From positions 4,966 to 68,965 of the forward strand of contig CACJRY010000008.1 of the NCBI GenBank assembly GCA_902595855.1: 64,000 bases of DNA. Reading direction: 5' to 3'. The position numbers and the translations under genes were made by a program. The notes beneath the pieces were generated by a model. That model was not told where the DNA came from. It worked only from the letters and a program-made list of their open reading frames with translations, and did not search any database. This stretch comes from an uncultured Alphaproteobacteria bacterium (GTDB taxonomy: Bacteria > Pseudomonadota > Alphaproteobacteria > HIMB59 > GCA-002718135). This document shows, one piece after another, positions 55,760 to 64,000 of the stretch; within the stretch, counting starts at the first letter, position 1, and every line of letters starts with the position of its first letter.

Positions 55760-57535
55760 TTATTGAACAACAGTATCTTTACTATTTATTCCTGCTACTT
55801 CTACTGGCGCTTTCATTGCGTCTCTTCTAAAAGGTTCACCTAATTCTTGATTTAAAATAACTTCTATAAAAGTTGTAATACCATTCATTTGTTCAACACA
55901 GGATGTTTTTAAAGCTTCAGTTAACTCTGATTGAGTTGTAACTTTAACTCCCTTGAACCCACACGCTTCGGCAATTTTTGCATAACTTAATTTTGGATCA
56001 AGTTCAGTTCCAATAAAATTATTGTCATACCAAAGAGTTGTATTTCGTTTCTCTGCACCCCATTGGTAGTTTCGGAAAATAACCATAGTAATATTTGGCC
56101 ATTCCTCTCTGCTGCATGAAGTCATTTCACTCATACTAATTCCAAAAGCTCCATCTCCCGAGAAGCCAATAACAGGTGTATCTGGACATCCAATTTTAGC
56201 TCCTAAAACTGAAGGGAAACCATAGCCACATGGTCCAAACAAACCTGGTGCTAAATATTTTCTTCCTTGCTCAAAAGTCGGATAAGCATTTCCGATTGCA
56301 CAATTGTTACCAATATCACTTGAGATAATTGCTTCTTCAGGAAGACCTGCTTGAATAGCTCTCCACGCCATACGCGGAGACATTCTGTCAGGATCCCTTT
56401 CACGAGAGTCTTTATTCCAGGTAGTACCTTCATCATCCTCTTCATGGTCAAGGCTTGTTAGCGTTTGAAGCCATGCAGATTTAGTTTGATGAATTAAAGC
56501 CTTCCTATCTTCTCTTCCAGCATCTCCTGCACTTGGTGATAATTCACTTAGAATTTGTTTTGCTACTAATTTAGCGTCACCACAAACTCCCACTGTTATT
56601 TTTTTTGCTAATCCGATCCTGTCGGAATTTATATCAACTTGAATAATCTTTGCTTCCTTAGGCCAATAATCTATTCCGTAACCAGGAAGAGTAGAAAAAG
56701 GGTTCAATCTTGTTCCAAGGGCCAAAACTACATCAGCTTTTGAAATTATCTCCATAGCAGCTTTAGACCCATTATATCCAAGAGGGCCCACAGCAAGTGG
56801 ATGCTTTCCAGGAAAACTGTCGTTATGTTGATATCCACACGCAACAGGCGCATCCAATTTTTCTGCTATATTTTTACAATCTTCAATTGCATCAGCAAGA
56901 ACAACACCAGCTCCTGATAATATTACTGGGAATTTTGCATTAGATAAAAGTTGTGCAGCTTTACTTATAGCGGTTGAGCCACCAGACGGTCTCTCAAATT
57001 CAATAATTGATGGTAATTCAATATCAATTACTTGTGTCCAGAAATCTCTTGGTACATTTATTTGAGCAGGAGCCGACCCCCTTTTTGCTTTTAAAATAAC
57101 TCTATTTAAAACTTCAGCCATTCTAGATGCGTCACGCACTTCTTCTTGATAACAAACCATATCTTTAAATAAGTTCATTTGTTCCACTTCTTGAAAACCA
57201 CCTTGACCCATTGTTTTGTTAGCAGCCTGAGGTGTAACTAAAAGCATAGGAGTATGATTCCAATAAGCTGTTTTTATAGGAGTTACTAATCCTGTAATAC
57301 CAGGTCCATTTTGAGCAATACACATAGCAAGTTTGCCTGTTGATCTCGTATAACCATCAGCAATGAGACCACCATTTGACTCATGAGCAACATCCCAAAA
57401 AGTTATCCCCGCTTTTGGGAAAAGGTCTGAAATTGGCATAAATGCTGATCCAATTATTCCAAAAGAATGTTGTATTCCGTGCATTTGTAGAACTTTTACA
57501 AAAGCTTCCTCAGTAGTCATTTTAGCCATCTTCAC
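55760..57535 (-). CDS. xsc: Sulfoacetaldehyde acetyltransferase
   Basis: 591 aa. The N-terminus MTTEEAFVKVLQMHGIQHSFGIIGSAFMPISDLFPKAGITFWD matches my recollection of Xsc almost word for word. ThDP motif GDGAFGISMSEMTS...FRNYQWGAEK. Confidence 0.88.
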   Translation of the reverse strand: MKMAKMTTEEAFVKVLQMHGIQHSFGIIGSAFMPISDLFPKAGITFWDVAHESNGGLIADGYTRSTGKLAMCIAQNGPGITGLVTPIKTAYWNHTPMLLVTPQAANKTMGQGGFQEVEQMNLFKDMVCYQEEVRDASRMAEVLNRVILKAKRGSAPAQINVPRDFWTQVIDIELPSIIEFERPSGGSTAISKAAQLLSNAKFPVILSGAGVVLADAIEDCKNIAEKLDAPVACGYQHNDSFPGKHPLAVGPLGYNGSKAAMEIISKADVVLALGTRLNPFSTLPGYGIDYWPKEAKIIQVDINSDRIGLAKKITVGVCGDAKLVAKQILSELSPSAGDAGREDRKALIHQTKSAWLQTLTSLDHEEDDEGTTWNKDSRERDPDRMSPRMAWRAIQAGLPEEAIISSDIGNNCAIGNAYPTFEQGRKYLAPGLFGPCGYGFPSVLGAKIGCPDTPVIGFSGDGAFGISMSEMTSCSREEWPNITMVIFRNYQWGAEKRNTTLWYDNNFIGTELDPKLSYAKIAEACGFKGVKVTTQSELTEALKTSCVEQMNGITTFIEVILNQELGEPFRRDAMKAPVEVAGINSKDTVVQ

Positions 57536-57638
57536 ATCTCCAATTAATATATTATGTTATCTATTTAGACTTATTTATTTAAATTCAAATTTTGGACTAT
57601 AATAATTTAAGAGCATAATCTAGAAAATTAATTACATA

Positions 57639-59522
57639 ATGAATAAAAAAAACCAAAAATCAATAGAGTTTGCAAATGCTCAGGCCAAATTAAAAGGTCA
57701 AGATATCATCAAATTTATTGCAAAGACACTTCCTCATCAACCAGGTGTTTATCAAATGGAAGATGATGAAGGTCATATCTTATACATTGGAAAGGCCAAA
57801 AATCTTGCAAAGAGAGTTATAAATTATACTGCCTTAAATAACCTCACACGTCGTTTACAAAGAATGGTGAGTTTAACAAAAAAAATGAATTTTTTTGTGA
57901 CAAACACTGAGATTGAAGCGCTCTTACTTGAATGCAATTTAATCAAAAGACACAAACCTCGCTTTAATATTATCTTAAGAGATGACAAATCCTTTCCTTA
58001 TATTTTAATCAATAAAGAACATAAATTTCCTCGTCTTCAAAAATATCGAGGTGCAAAAAGAATTAGAGGTGATTACTTTGGTCCATTTGTTTCACCATCA
58101 GTTGCTGATTATACTTTGATAGCTTTACAGAAAGCTTTTTTACTACGAAGTTGCTCTGAAGGTACTTTTAAAAATAGGTCTCGTCCTTGTTTACTATTTG
58201 ATATCAAAAGATGTAGTGGTCCATGTGTAGATATTATTAATGAAGAAAAATATAAAGAAAGTATTGAAGATGCAAAAAAATTTTTAAAAGGTAATACAAA
58301 AAGAATCGAAAAAAAATTAACTGCTAAAATGAATTTAGCAAGTAAAAATCAAATATTTGAAGAAGCAGCAAGACTAAGAGATAGAATAAAATCAATAAAT
58401 CAAATTCAAAAATATCAGTCTGTTTACATTAAAGATATGCGCAATATAGATATTTTTGCAATAAGACTCTCAGATAGCAAAAGTTGTATTCATGGAAAAT
58501 TTTATAGAAATGGAAGTAATTATGGAAATAAATCTTTTTTTCCATCTCATGATGATACAAGTGAAGCAAAAGAAATTTTAGAATCTTTTTTATATCAATT
58601 TTACGCTGATAAAGATGTACCACCTAAAATTTTAGTAAATATGAATGAAGAGTTTTTTAAGGAAGTAGAAATAACTTTAAATAAAAAAAATAAATCCAAA
58701 ACCAAAATTTTAAATCCAAAGTCTGGAGAAAAATTACAACACATATTACTAGCAGAAAAAAATGCCCTAGAGAGTATTAAGTTAAAAAAAACAAGTATAG
58801 AAGCACATCATTCAGCTCTAAATTCATTATCAAAATTATTAAGTATAAAAAATGATATTACTAGAATTGAAGTCTACGATAATAGTCATACATTTGGTAG
58901 AAACTCTGTAGGCGTAATGATAGTTGCTGATAAAGAAGGATTGAAGCCTAAACACTATCGTAAATTTAATATTAGGTATAATTTAAAAAATAAAAAAGTT
59001 TCAAATTTTAGTGATTATTATATGATGGAGGAAGTTCTTAACAGACGCCTCTCTAAAGTTAATAAGAATGATAGCACTACAGTTCCGGACGTAATCATCA
59101 TTGATGGAGGAAGAGGGCAGTTTAATATTGTCCAAAAAATATTAAATAAATATAAATTAAATAATATTGATTTGATGAGCATTTCTAAAGGCCCAGATAG
59201 AAACGCAGGTAGAGAAATAATTCATCTAGATAATAAAAATTTAAATTTGAAACCAAATGATCCTCTTCTCTATTTTATCCAAAGATTGAGAGATGAAGCA
59301 CACCGATTTGCAATTACAGCACATAGAGCCAGAAGATCAAAATCAACAGTTAAATCAATTTTTGATGAGATTAAAGGAATTGGTCCAAAGAGAAAAAAGG
59401 AGCTACTTCTTCATTTTGGAACAATTAAAAAGATAAAATCAGCTTCACTAGATGACCTTAAGCAGATTAAATCCATACCACAAAAGAAACTTCAAGAGTT
59501 ATACGAATTTTTTAATGGCTAA
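57639..59522 (+). CDS. uvrC: Excinuclease ABC subunit C
   Basis: GIY-YIG (GVYQMEDDEGHILYIGKAKNLAKRV), a UVR domain, and a C-terminal (HhH)2. Confidence 0.95.
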   Translation: MNKKNQKSIEFANAQAKLKGQDIIKFIAKTLPHQPGVYQMEDDEGHILYIGKAKNLAKRVINYTALNNLTRRLQRMVSLTKKMNFFVTNTEIEALLLECNLIKRHKPRFNIILRDDKSFPYILINKEHKFPRLQKYRGAKRIRGDYFGPFVSPSVADYTLIALQKAFLLRSCSEGTFKNRSRPCLLFDIKRCSGPCVDIINEEKYKESIEDAKKFLKGNTKRIEKKLTAKMNLASKNQIFEEAARLRDRIKSINQIQKYQSVYIKDMRNIDIFAIRLSDSKSCIHGKFYRNGSNYGNKSFFPSHDDTSEAKEILESFLYQFYADKDVPPKILVNMNEEFFKEVEITLNKKNKSKTKILNPKSGEKLQHILLAEKNALESIKLKKTSIEAHHSALNSLSKLLSIKNDITRIEVYDNSHTFGRNSVGVMIVADKEGLKPKHYRKFNIRYNLKNKKVSNFSDYYMMEEVLNRRLSKVNKNDSTTVPDVIIIDGGRGQFNIVQKILNKYKLNNIDLMSISKGPDRNAGREIIHLDNKNLNLKPNDPLLYFIQRLRDEAHRFAITAHRARRSKSTVKSIFDEIKGIGPKRKKELLLHFGTIKKIKSASLDDLKQIKSIPQKKLQELYEFFNG

Positions 59523-59551
59523 TATGTTAAACTTAATCTAAAAAAAAATTT

Positions 59552-60100
59552 ATGAAATTAAATATTTCAAACATTCTAACAATAACTAGGATAGTTGTTA
59601 TTCCAGTAATTGTAATCTGTATTTATTTAAAAGACCCTTTTTATGGATGGGTGGCTTTCGTACTTTTCTGCTTAGCAAGCATAACTGATTATTTTGACGG
59701 TTATATTGCACGAATTAGAAATGAGGTTACTAATTTTGGCACCTTTCTTGATCCGATAGCAGATAAATTACTAGTAGCGGCTGTGATTCTTATATTAACA
59801 TCAAGAGAAGTAATTGCTGATTGGGAAACAATACCAGCTCTAATTATTTTGCTAAGAGAAATAGCTGTATCTGGATTAAGAGAATATCTTGCAAAAATTA
59901 AAGTGAGCGTACCAGTTTCAAGAATTGCCAAAATTAAAACATCAATTCAATTAATTGCTTTAGCTTTTCTAATACTAAGTGAGAGTGGAATTACAATTTT
60001 GCCTATAATTTTTATTGGTAAATTAGCTTTGTGGACAGCTGGAATTCTAACATTATATACTGGATATGATTACCTTAAATCTGGTTTAAGACATTTTTAA
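59552..60100 (+). CDS. pgsA: CDP-diacylglycerol--glycerol-3-phosphate 3-phosphatidyltransferase
   Basis: CDP-alcohol phosphatidyltransferase motif DYFDGYIAR...G.FLDPIADK. Confidence 0.9.
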   Translation: MKLNISNILTITRIVVIPVIVICIYLKDPFYGWVAFVLFCLASITDYFDGYIARIRNEVTNFGTFLDPIADKLLVAAVILILTSREVIADWETIPALIILLREIAVSGLREYLAKIKVSVPVSRIAKIKTSIQLIALAFLILSESGITILPIIFIGKLALWTAGILTLYTGYDYLKSGLRHF

Positions 60101-60345
60101 TGAAAATAAAATACTTTGCTTGGATTAAAGATATAACTAATGTTGAAGAGGAAGTAATAAATTCAATACAAATTAAAAATTTAGATGAATTTAAAATATA
60201 TATTATAAAAAAATATCCTGATTTAAAAAAACATATGGAAAAAGAAATTTTAAGGTTTGCTGTTAATCAAGAATATATAACTAATAGCACAACTTTAAAT
60301 GTTGATGATGAAATTGCTATTTTTCCTCCCGTAAGCGGTGGATAA
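60100..60345 (+). CDS. moaD: Molybdopterin synthase sulfur-carrier subunit
   Basis: 81 aa ending in ...FPPVSGG (C-terminal Gly-Gly). TAATG overlaps on both sides. Confidence 0.8.
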   Translation: MKIKYFAWIKDITNVEEEVINSIQIKNLDEFKIYIIKKYPDLKKHMEKEILRFAVNQEYITNSTTLNVDDEIAIFPPVSGG

Positions 60346-60761
60346 TGATAAAAATTCAAAAAGAAGATTTCAATTTTGAAGATGAAATAAATAAAATTAA
60401 AGAATTGCATTCTAATGTTGGCGCTGTATCTTCATTTATTGGTTACGTTAGAAATGAAAACAATAAAAATAAAGTCAAATATATAAATTTAGAAGTCTAT
60501 GAGGAAATGGCCTATAAACAATTAGAAAAAATAATACACGAAGCAAATGTAAAATGGAAACTTGTAGATAGTTTAATTATCCACCGATATGGAAAATTGA
60601 ATGTTAATAGCAAAATTGTTCTAGTTGCTTGTTTTTCTAAACATAGAAAAGATAGTTTTGAGTCATGCAATTACATAATGGATTATCTAAAAAAAGATGC
60701 AGCTTTTTGGAAGAATGAATTTTATCTTGATAAAAATGAGTGGCTAGCTAATTCTAATTAG
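60345..60761 (+). CDS. moaE: Molybdopterin synthase catalytic subunit
   Basis: 138 aa with GAVSSFIGYVRN and H(R/K)...FE-like blocks. It follows moaD. Confidence 0.8.
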   Translation: MIKIQKEDFNFEDEINKIKELHSNVGAVSSFIGYVRNENNKNKVKYINLEVYEEMAYKQLEKIIHEANVKWKLVDSLIIHRYGKLNVNSKIVLVACFSKHRKDSFESCNYIMDYLKKDAAFWKNEFYLDKNEWLANSN

Positions 60762-61638
60762 AGTTTTTTACCAAATCACTAAAATCACCCATAAATTTAA
60801 AAGTAATTGAGTTATCACCTGTAGTATACCTAACACTATCGATCGATTTTATCGGAGTTATTTCTGCAGCAGTTCCAGTAAGAAATGCTTCATCATATTT
60901 ATCAATTTCATTTGGCAAGATGTGCCTTTCAGTAATTTTGAATCCTTGGTCTGTAACCATTTTTATAACTGTTTGACGTGTAATACCGTTCAAAAAGCAA
61001 TCTGGGATCGGTGTGTGAATATCTTTGTCTTTTATAAAAAAAATATTAGCCCCAGTTCCCTCAGCTACATAACCTCTATAATCCAACATTAATGCATCAT
61101 GATAACCCTTACTTTCTGCAAATTCCTTTGACATAGTGCATATAATATAAGGACCAGACGCTTTAGCTTCAAAAGGCGCTGTATCTGGTGCTGGTCTTTT
61201 CCAAGGTGATGTAATTAATTTTAATCCTGCTTTTCTATCTTCAATTTTGAAATAAGAAGACCAGTCATCCCAGACTGCTATAGCAACATTTATATTTGAT
61301 TGAGTTGTAGAAATTCCCATTTGATCACCGCCCCTCCAAGCTAGGGGTCTTACATAGCAATCTTTATAATTCATTAAATCTATTAGTTTTATTTTTGCAT
61401 CATTAATCTCCTCTTTAGTAAAAGGAATCTTAATACCTATTATTTTTGCAGAATTGAAAAATCGATTAGTATGTTCTTCAGATTTGAAAATTTTTCCTCC
61501 ATAGGCTCTTTCTCCCTCAAAGACAGCGCTTGCATAATGTAAACCTTGAGAAATTATATGAGATGTTGCATTTTTCCAGGGAATGAACTCACCATTCATC
61601 CAAATCCAGCCCTCTCTATTTTCGAAAGATATACTCAT
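60754..61638 (-). CDS. ilvE: Branched-chain amino acid aminotransferase
   Basis: IWMNGEFIPW..A..H......LHYASAVFEGERAY, GANIF and TGTAAEITP. I chose ATG 61638 over TTG 61668. Confidence 0.9.
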   Translation of the reverse strand: MSISFENREGWIWMNGEFIPWKNATSHIISQGLHYASAVFEGERAYGGKIFKSEEHTNRFFNSAKIIGIKIPFTKEEINDAKIKLIDLMNYKDCYVRPLAWRGGDQMGISTTQSNINVAIAVWDDWSSYFKIEDRKAGLKLITSPWKRPAPDTAPFEAKASGPYIICTMSKEFAESKGYHDALMLDYRGYVAEGTGANIFFIKDKDIHTPIPDCFLNGITRQTVIKMVTDQGFKITERHILPNEIDKYDEAFLTGTAAEITPIKSIDSVRYTTGDNSITFKFMGDFSDLVKNSN

Positions 61639-61699
61639 ATATATATAAATTACTTTTTTTAATGACAATTGACTATCAGTGATGCATAATTAAGTCAAT

Positions 61700-62185
61700 A
61701 TGGCTGACCTAAATAATTTATTATCCCCCTTTTTTTTAAACGATAAAGAAATAAGGAAAGTTATTGAATTGCTATTTTTTTCCTACAGAGATTTTACATC
61801 TGGGCCAGATAAAATTCTTGAAAAGTTAAACTTTGGCAGAGCTCATCATAGAGTAATTTATTTTGTTGGAAAGAAAAATCATATTACTATCAAAGAACTT
61901 TTAGGTGTTTTACAAATAACTAAACAAAGCCTCTCAAGAGTTCTCAATCAATTGGTCAGTGAAAAATTTATTTTAGTTTCAACAGGCATAGATAAAAGAA
62001 CAAAAAAATTATCCCTTACTGAAAAAGGGAAAAAACTTGAAAATGAGCTATCAACTATTCAAATAAAAAAAATTAGAGAAGTAATAAATAGATTTGACGA
62101 AAAAAATATAAATGGTTTTAAGCAAATTTTATATGAAATGATTGAAGAAAATAATAAAAAAACATTTCAAGAAATAAATGATTGA
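61700..62185 (+). CDS. MarR-family transcriptional regulator
   Basis: 161 aa with a winged-HTH block ITIKELLGVLQITKQSLSRVLNQLVSEKFI...DKRTKKLSLTEKG. Confidence 0.75.
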   Translation: MADLNNLLSPFFLNDKEIRKVIELLFFSYRDFTSGPDKILEKLNFGRAHHRVIYFVGKKNHITIKELLGVLQITKQSLSRVLNQLVSEKFILVSTGIDKRTKKLSLTEKGKKLENELSTIQIKKIREVINRFDEKNINGFKQILYEMIEENNKKTFQEIND

Positions 62186-62868
62186 AGATGAACAAAACTA
62201 TCCTGTTAGTAGATGACGACCAAAGATTAAGAGATTTATTAAAAAATTATTTAAACGAAAAAAATCTAACTATTTTTACTTGCCAAGATTTTGTTGAAGC
62301 AAAAGAAGTTTTAAAATTTTTTATTTTTGATTTAATTATTTTGGATAGAATGATGCCAAGTGGAGATGGAATAGATTTAATTAATTTCATAAAAAATAAA
62401 TCTGAAACTCCAATAATAATGCTAACAGCAATGGGTGAGGATGAAAATAGAATTGATGGATTAAAAAAAGGATCTGATGATTATGTAACAAAACCTTTCG
62501 AGCCTGAAGAATTATATCTCCGAATAATTAAATTACTGAATTTATATGAAAATATAAATCAATCTGAATTACGAATCGAATTTGAAAATTATATTTTTGA
62601 AACAAAAACTCAAGTCCTTAAAAAAAATGATGAGGAAATTTATTTAACTGAAGGAGAAAACAAACTTCTTATAAAATTAATAAATAAAAGAAATAACCTT
62701 GTCTCAAGAGAAGAACTAGCAGATACAGAATTTGATGAGAGTGAACTTAGAAAAGTAGATGTGGGTATAACTAGGTTACGCCAAAAAATTGAAAAAATTC
62801 CAAAAAAACCACAATTCATAAAAACTATAAGAGGCAAAGGTTATATGTTAGTTTGTAGAGAAATATGA
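62182..62868 (+). CDS. OmpR/PhoB-family response regulator
   Basis: Receiver domain with LLVDDD, LIILDRMMP and VTKPF. C-terminal winged helix ...IKTIRGKGYML. Confidence 0.9.
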   Translation: MKMNKTILLVDDDQRLRDLLKNYLNEKNLTIFTCQDFVEAKEVLKFFIFDLIILDRMMPSGDGIDLINFIKNKSETPIIMLTAMGEDENRIDGLKKGSDDYVTKPFEPEELYLRIIKLLNLYENINQSELRIEFENYIFETKTQVLKKNDEEIYLTEGENKLLIKLINKRNNLVSREELADTEFDESELRKVDVGITRLRQKIEKIPKKPQFIKTIRGKGYMLVCREI

Positions 62869-64000
62869 TTTTCAAAAAAATTATCCCTCAAACTTTATTA
62901 GGAAGATCTATTATAATAATTTTTGTTCCAATTATTGTGTTGGTAATTATTACGTCAATAATTTTTTACCAAACTTCATGGAATATTATTTCAAAAAGAC
63001 TCACACAATCAGTAGTTGCAGATATTAATGTACTTGTTAAACTTATTGATAAAGACCTTGAGTTTGAAGCAATACAAATAGCGAGTGAAGATTTTAAGAT
63101 GAAGATAAAAATTAAAGAAAGTGCAAATATGCGCAATAACTTTGAGAAAAAGCAAAGAGGGATTTTGTCAAATAGATTGAAACAAGCTCTTATAGAGCTG
63201 GATATTCCATTTTTTTATGATCTAAGCAACATAGATGAAGGTGTGGAAATAATTTTACAAATACAAGAAAACAAACATCTAGTTATTAATGTAGATAAAG
63301 ATAGGCTCTATAGTGAAACAGCTTTTGTATTTTTATTGTGGATGTTATTTGCCTCAATTCTTTTACTATTATTTTCATATTTTTTTATGAACAAACAAAT
63401 TAGACCTCTTAAAAGACTATCCATAATAGCTGAAACATTTGGAAGGGGTTTAGATGCGCCAGAATTAAAATCTACCGGTGCATCGGAAATAAAACAAACA
63501 GCAAATGCCTTTAACCAAATGAGAACAAGGATCAAAAGGTTTTTAAAACAAAGAACTGATATGTTAGCTGGTGTTAGTCATGATCTAAGAACACCATTAA
63601 CAAGAATGAAATTACAATTATCACTTTTAAAAAATGAAAAAGCTAAAAATGAATTAGAATTAGATATTAATGAAATGACTGCTATGCTTGATAGTTATGT
63701 TAGTTTTGTTAGATCAGAAGCGCCAGAGCCAATTGAGAATATTAACATAAACAAACTATTGAAAGATATTATTAAAAATATCGATCTTAATAATTATAAA
63801 ATAGGATTTTTAGAAAAAAATATAATAAAAACCTCTGGAAGACCAATACAATTAAAGAGAGCTATTCAAAATATTATTGATAATTCTCTTAGATATTCCA
63901 ATGAATTAAATATTGAAATTTTGGCAAGTGATGATGGCTGTATACTGACTATAGAAGATAACGGGCCAGGTATACCTGATAAAAATTATGAAGATGTCTT
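62865..64000 (+). CDS. EnvZ-like sensor histidine kinase. Partial; the 3' end lies beyond the window.
   Basis: Absent from the track because it runs off the edge. My read from ATG 62865 (ATGA overlap with the RR stop) gives MIFKKIIPQTLLGRSIIIIFVPIIVLV... It has two TMs, a HAMP-like region, the H-box AGVSHDLRTPLTRM and the N-box region NIIDNSLRYS. Confidence 0.85.
   Translation, partial: MIFKKIIPQTLLGRSIIIIFVPIIVLVIITSIIFYQTSWNIISKRLTQSVVADINVLVKLIDKDLEFEAIQIASEDFKMKIKIKESANMRNNFEKKQRGILSNRLKQALIELDIPFFYDLSNIDEGVEIILQIQENKHLVINVDKDRLYSETAFVFLLWMLFASILLLLFSYFFMNKQIRPLKRLSIIAETFGRGLDAPELKSTGASEIKQTANAFNQMRTRIKRFLKQRTDMLAGVSHDLRTPLTRMKLQLSLLKNEKAKNELELDINEMTAMLDSYVSFVRSEAPEPIENININKLLKDIIKNIDLNNYKIGFLEKNIIKTSGRPIQLKRAIQNIIDNSLRYSNELNIEILASDDGCILTIEDNGPGIPDKNYEDV

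Noticed and set aside
952-63535. Short track ORFs lying inside or antisense to longer, family-assignable genes: 952..1167+, 1638..1964+, 2495..2734+, 4094..4393+, 7303..7539-, 8957..9142+, 11970..12275+, 16470..16799+, 16974..17201+, 18557..18769-, 19358..19561-, 19426..19623+, 24708..24890+, 26645..26869-, 27515..27718+, 27878..28201+, 29499..29810+, 32471..32653-, 34484..34666+, 38190..38411-, 38248..38445+, 39476..39706-, 41721..41963+, 43713..43895+, 44801..45061+, 45584..45967-, 47614..47805-, 50647..50931-, 51001..51462+, 51583..51828+, 52639..52827+, 53042..53278+, 54429..54794+, 54709..54891-, 56251..56451-, 58429..58623-, 59701..59931-, 62640..62837-, 63308..63535-.
   Set aside because: Each overlaps a much longer ORF with clear family motifs. 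Their translations are low-complexity or rich in K, I, F, S and L, as expected for shadow frames in AT-rich DNA. None shows a recognisable motif.
1-64000. Mobile elements, prophage remnants, CRISPR arrays and genomic-island boundaries (integrase, tRNA-flanked direct repeats).
   Set aside because: I recognised no transposase, integrase, recombinase or phage structural motifs in any ORF. There are no regularly spaced repeats and no long terminal inverted or direct repeats. The accessory-looking middle region has the same composition and packing as the core flanks.
61700-64000. The MarR, OmpR-type RR and EnvZ-type HK genes as an unusual regulatory module.
   Set aside because: Overlapping RR/HK genes (ATGA) with an adjacent MarR are ordinary, and nothing in the sequence is atypical. 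The kinase is truncated by the window edge.

Overview
This 64 kb window is visibly AT-rich (about 70% A+T by eye, not computed) and extremely gene-dense. It holds about 60 protein genes. Most spacers are under 120 bp, and there are many ATGA/TAATG start-stop overlaps and several convergent genes with overlapping stop codons. I found no rRNA, tRNA, CRISPR array, transposase, integrase or phage genes. Composition, compaction and synteny (uvrC-pgsA-moaD-moaE, a GcrA-like gene, MarR plus an OmpR/EnvZ-type pair) suggest a streamlined marine alphaproteobacterium of the Pelagibacterales/SAR11 type; this is inference only. The flanks (1-6.7 kb and 57.6-64 kb) look like core housekeeping genes. The middle (6.7-57.5 kb) is a mosaic of uptake and catabolic modules: (i) a 5-gene peptide-type ABC importer divergent from a cytoplasmic Cys-type sulfatase plus a short MetE-like gene; (ii) an aminotransferase-ald-ureohydrolase-DUF1989 operon divergent from a pta-like gene plus a DMT gene; (iii) a sugar-type ABC system without an ATPase, with LacI, an SDR and a HAD protein that has lost its catalytic Asp motif; (iv) the most unusual part, a duplicated cluster encoding nine NTF2/SnoaL-like domains in five proteins together with a bicupin, a MetE-like protein and a HisD-family (possibly HpsN-like) dehydrogenase, with a shared palindromic motif in its two divergent promoter regions; (v) cysQ-cysD-cysNC (PAPS synthesis); (vi) a Rieske oxygenase plus an StcD-like flavoprotein; (vii) a TRAP transporter, a GMC dehydrogenase and xsc, which fits an isethionate locus. 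With comDE, several routes appear to converge on sulfoacetaldehyde/Xsc. All functional calls come from motif and family recognition by eye; no searches were run.
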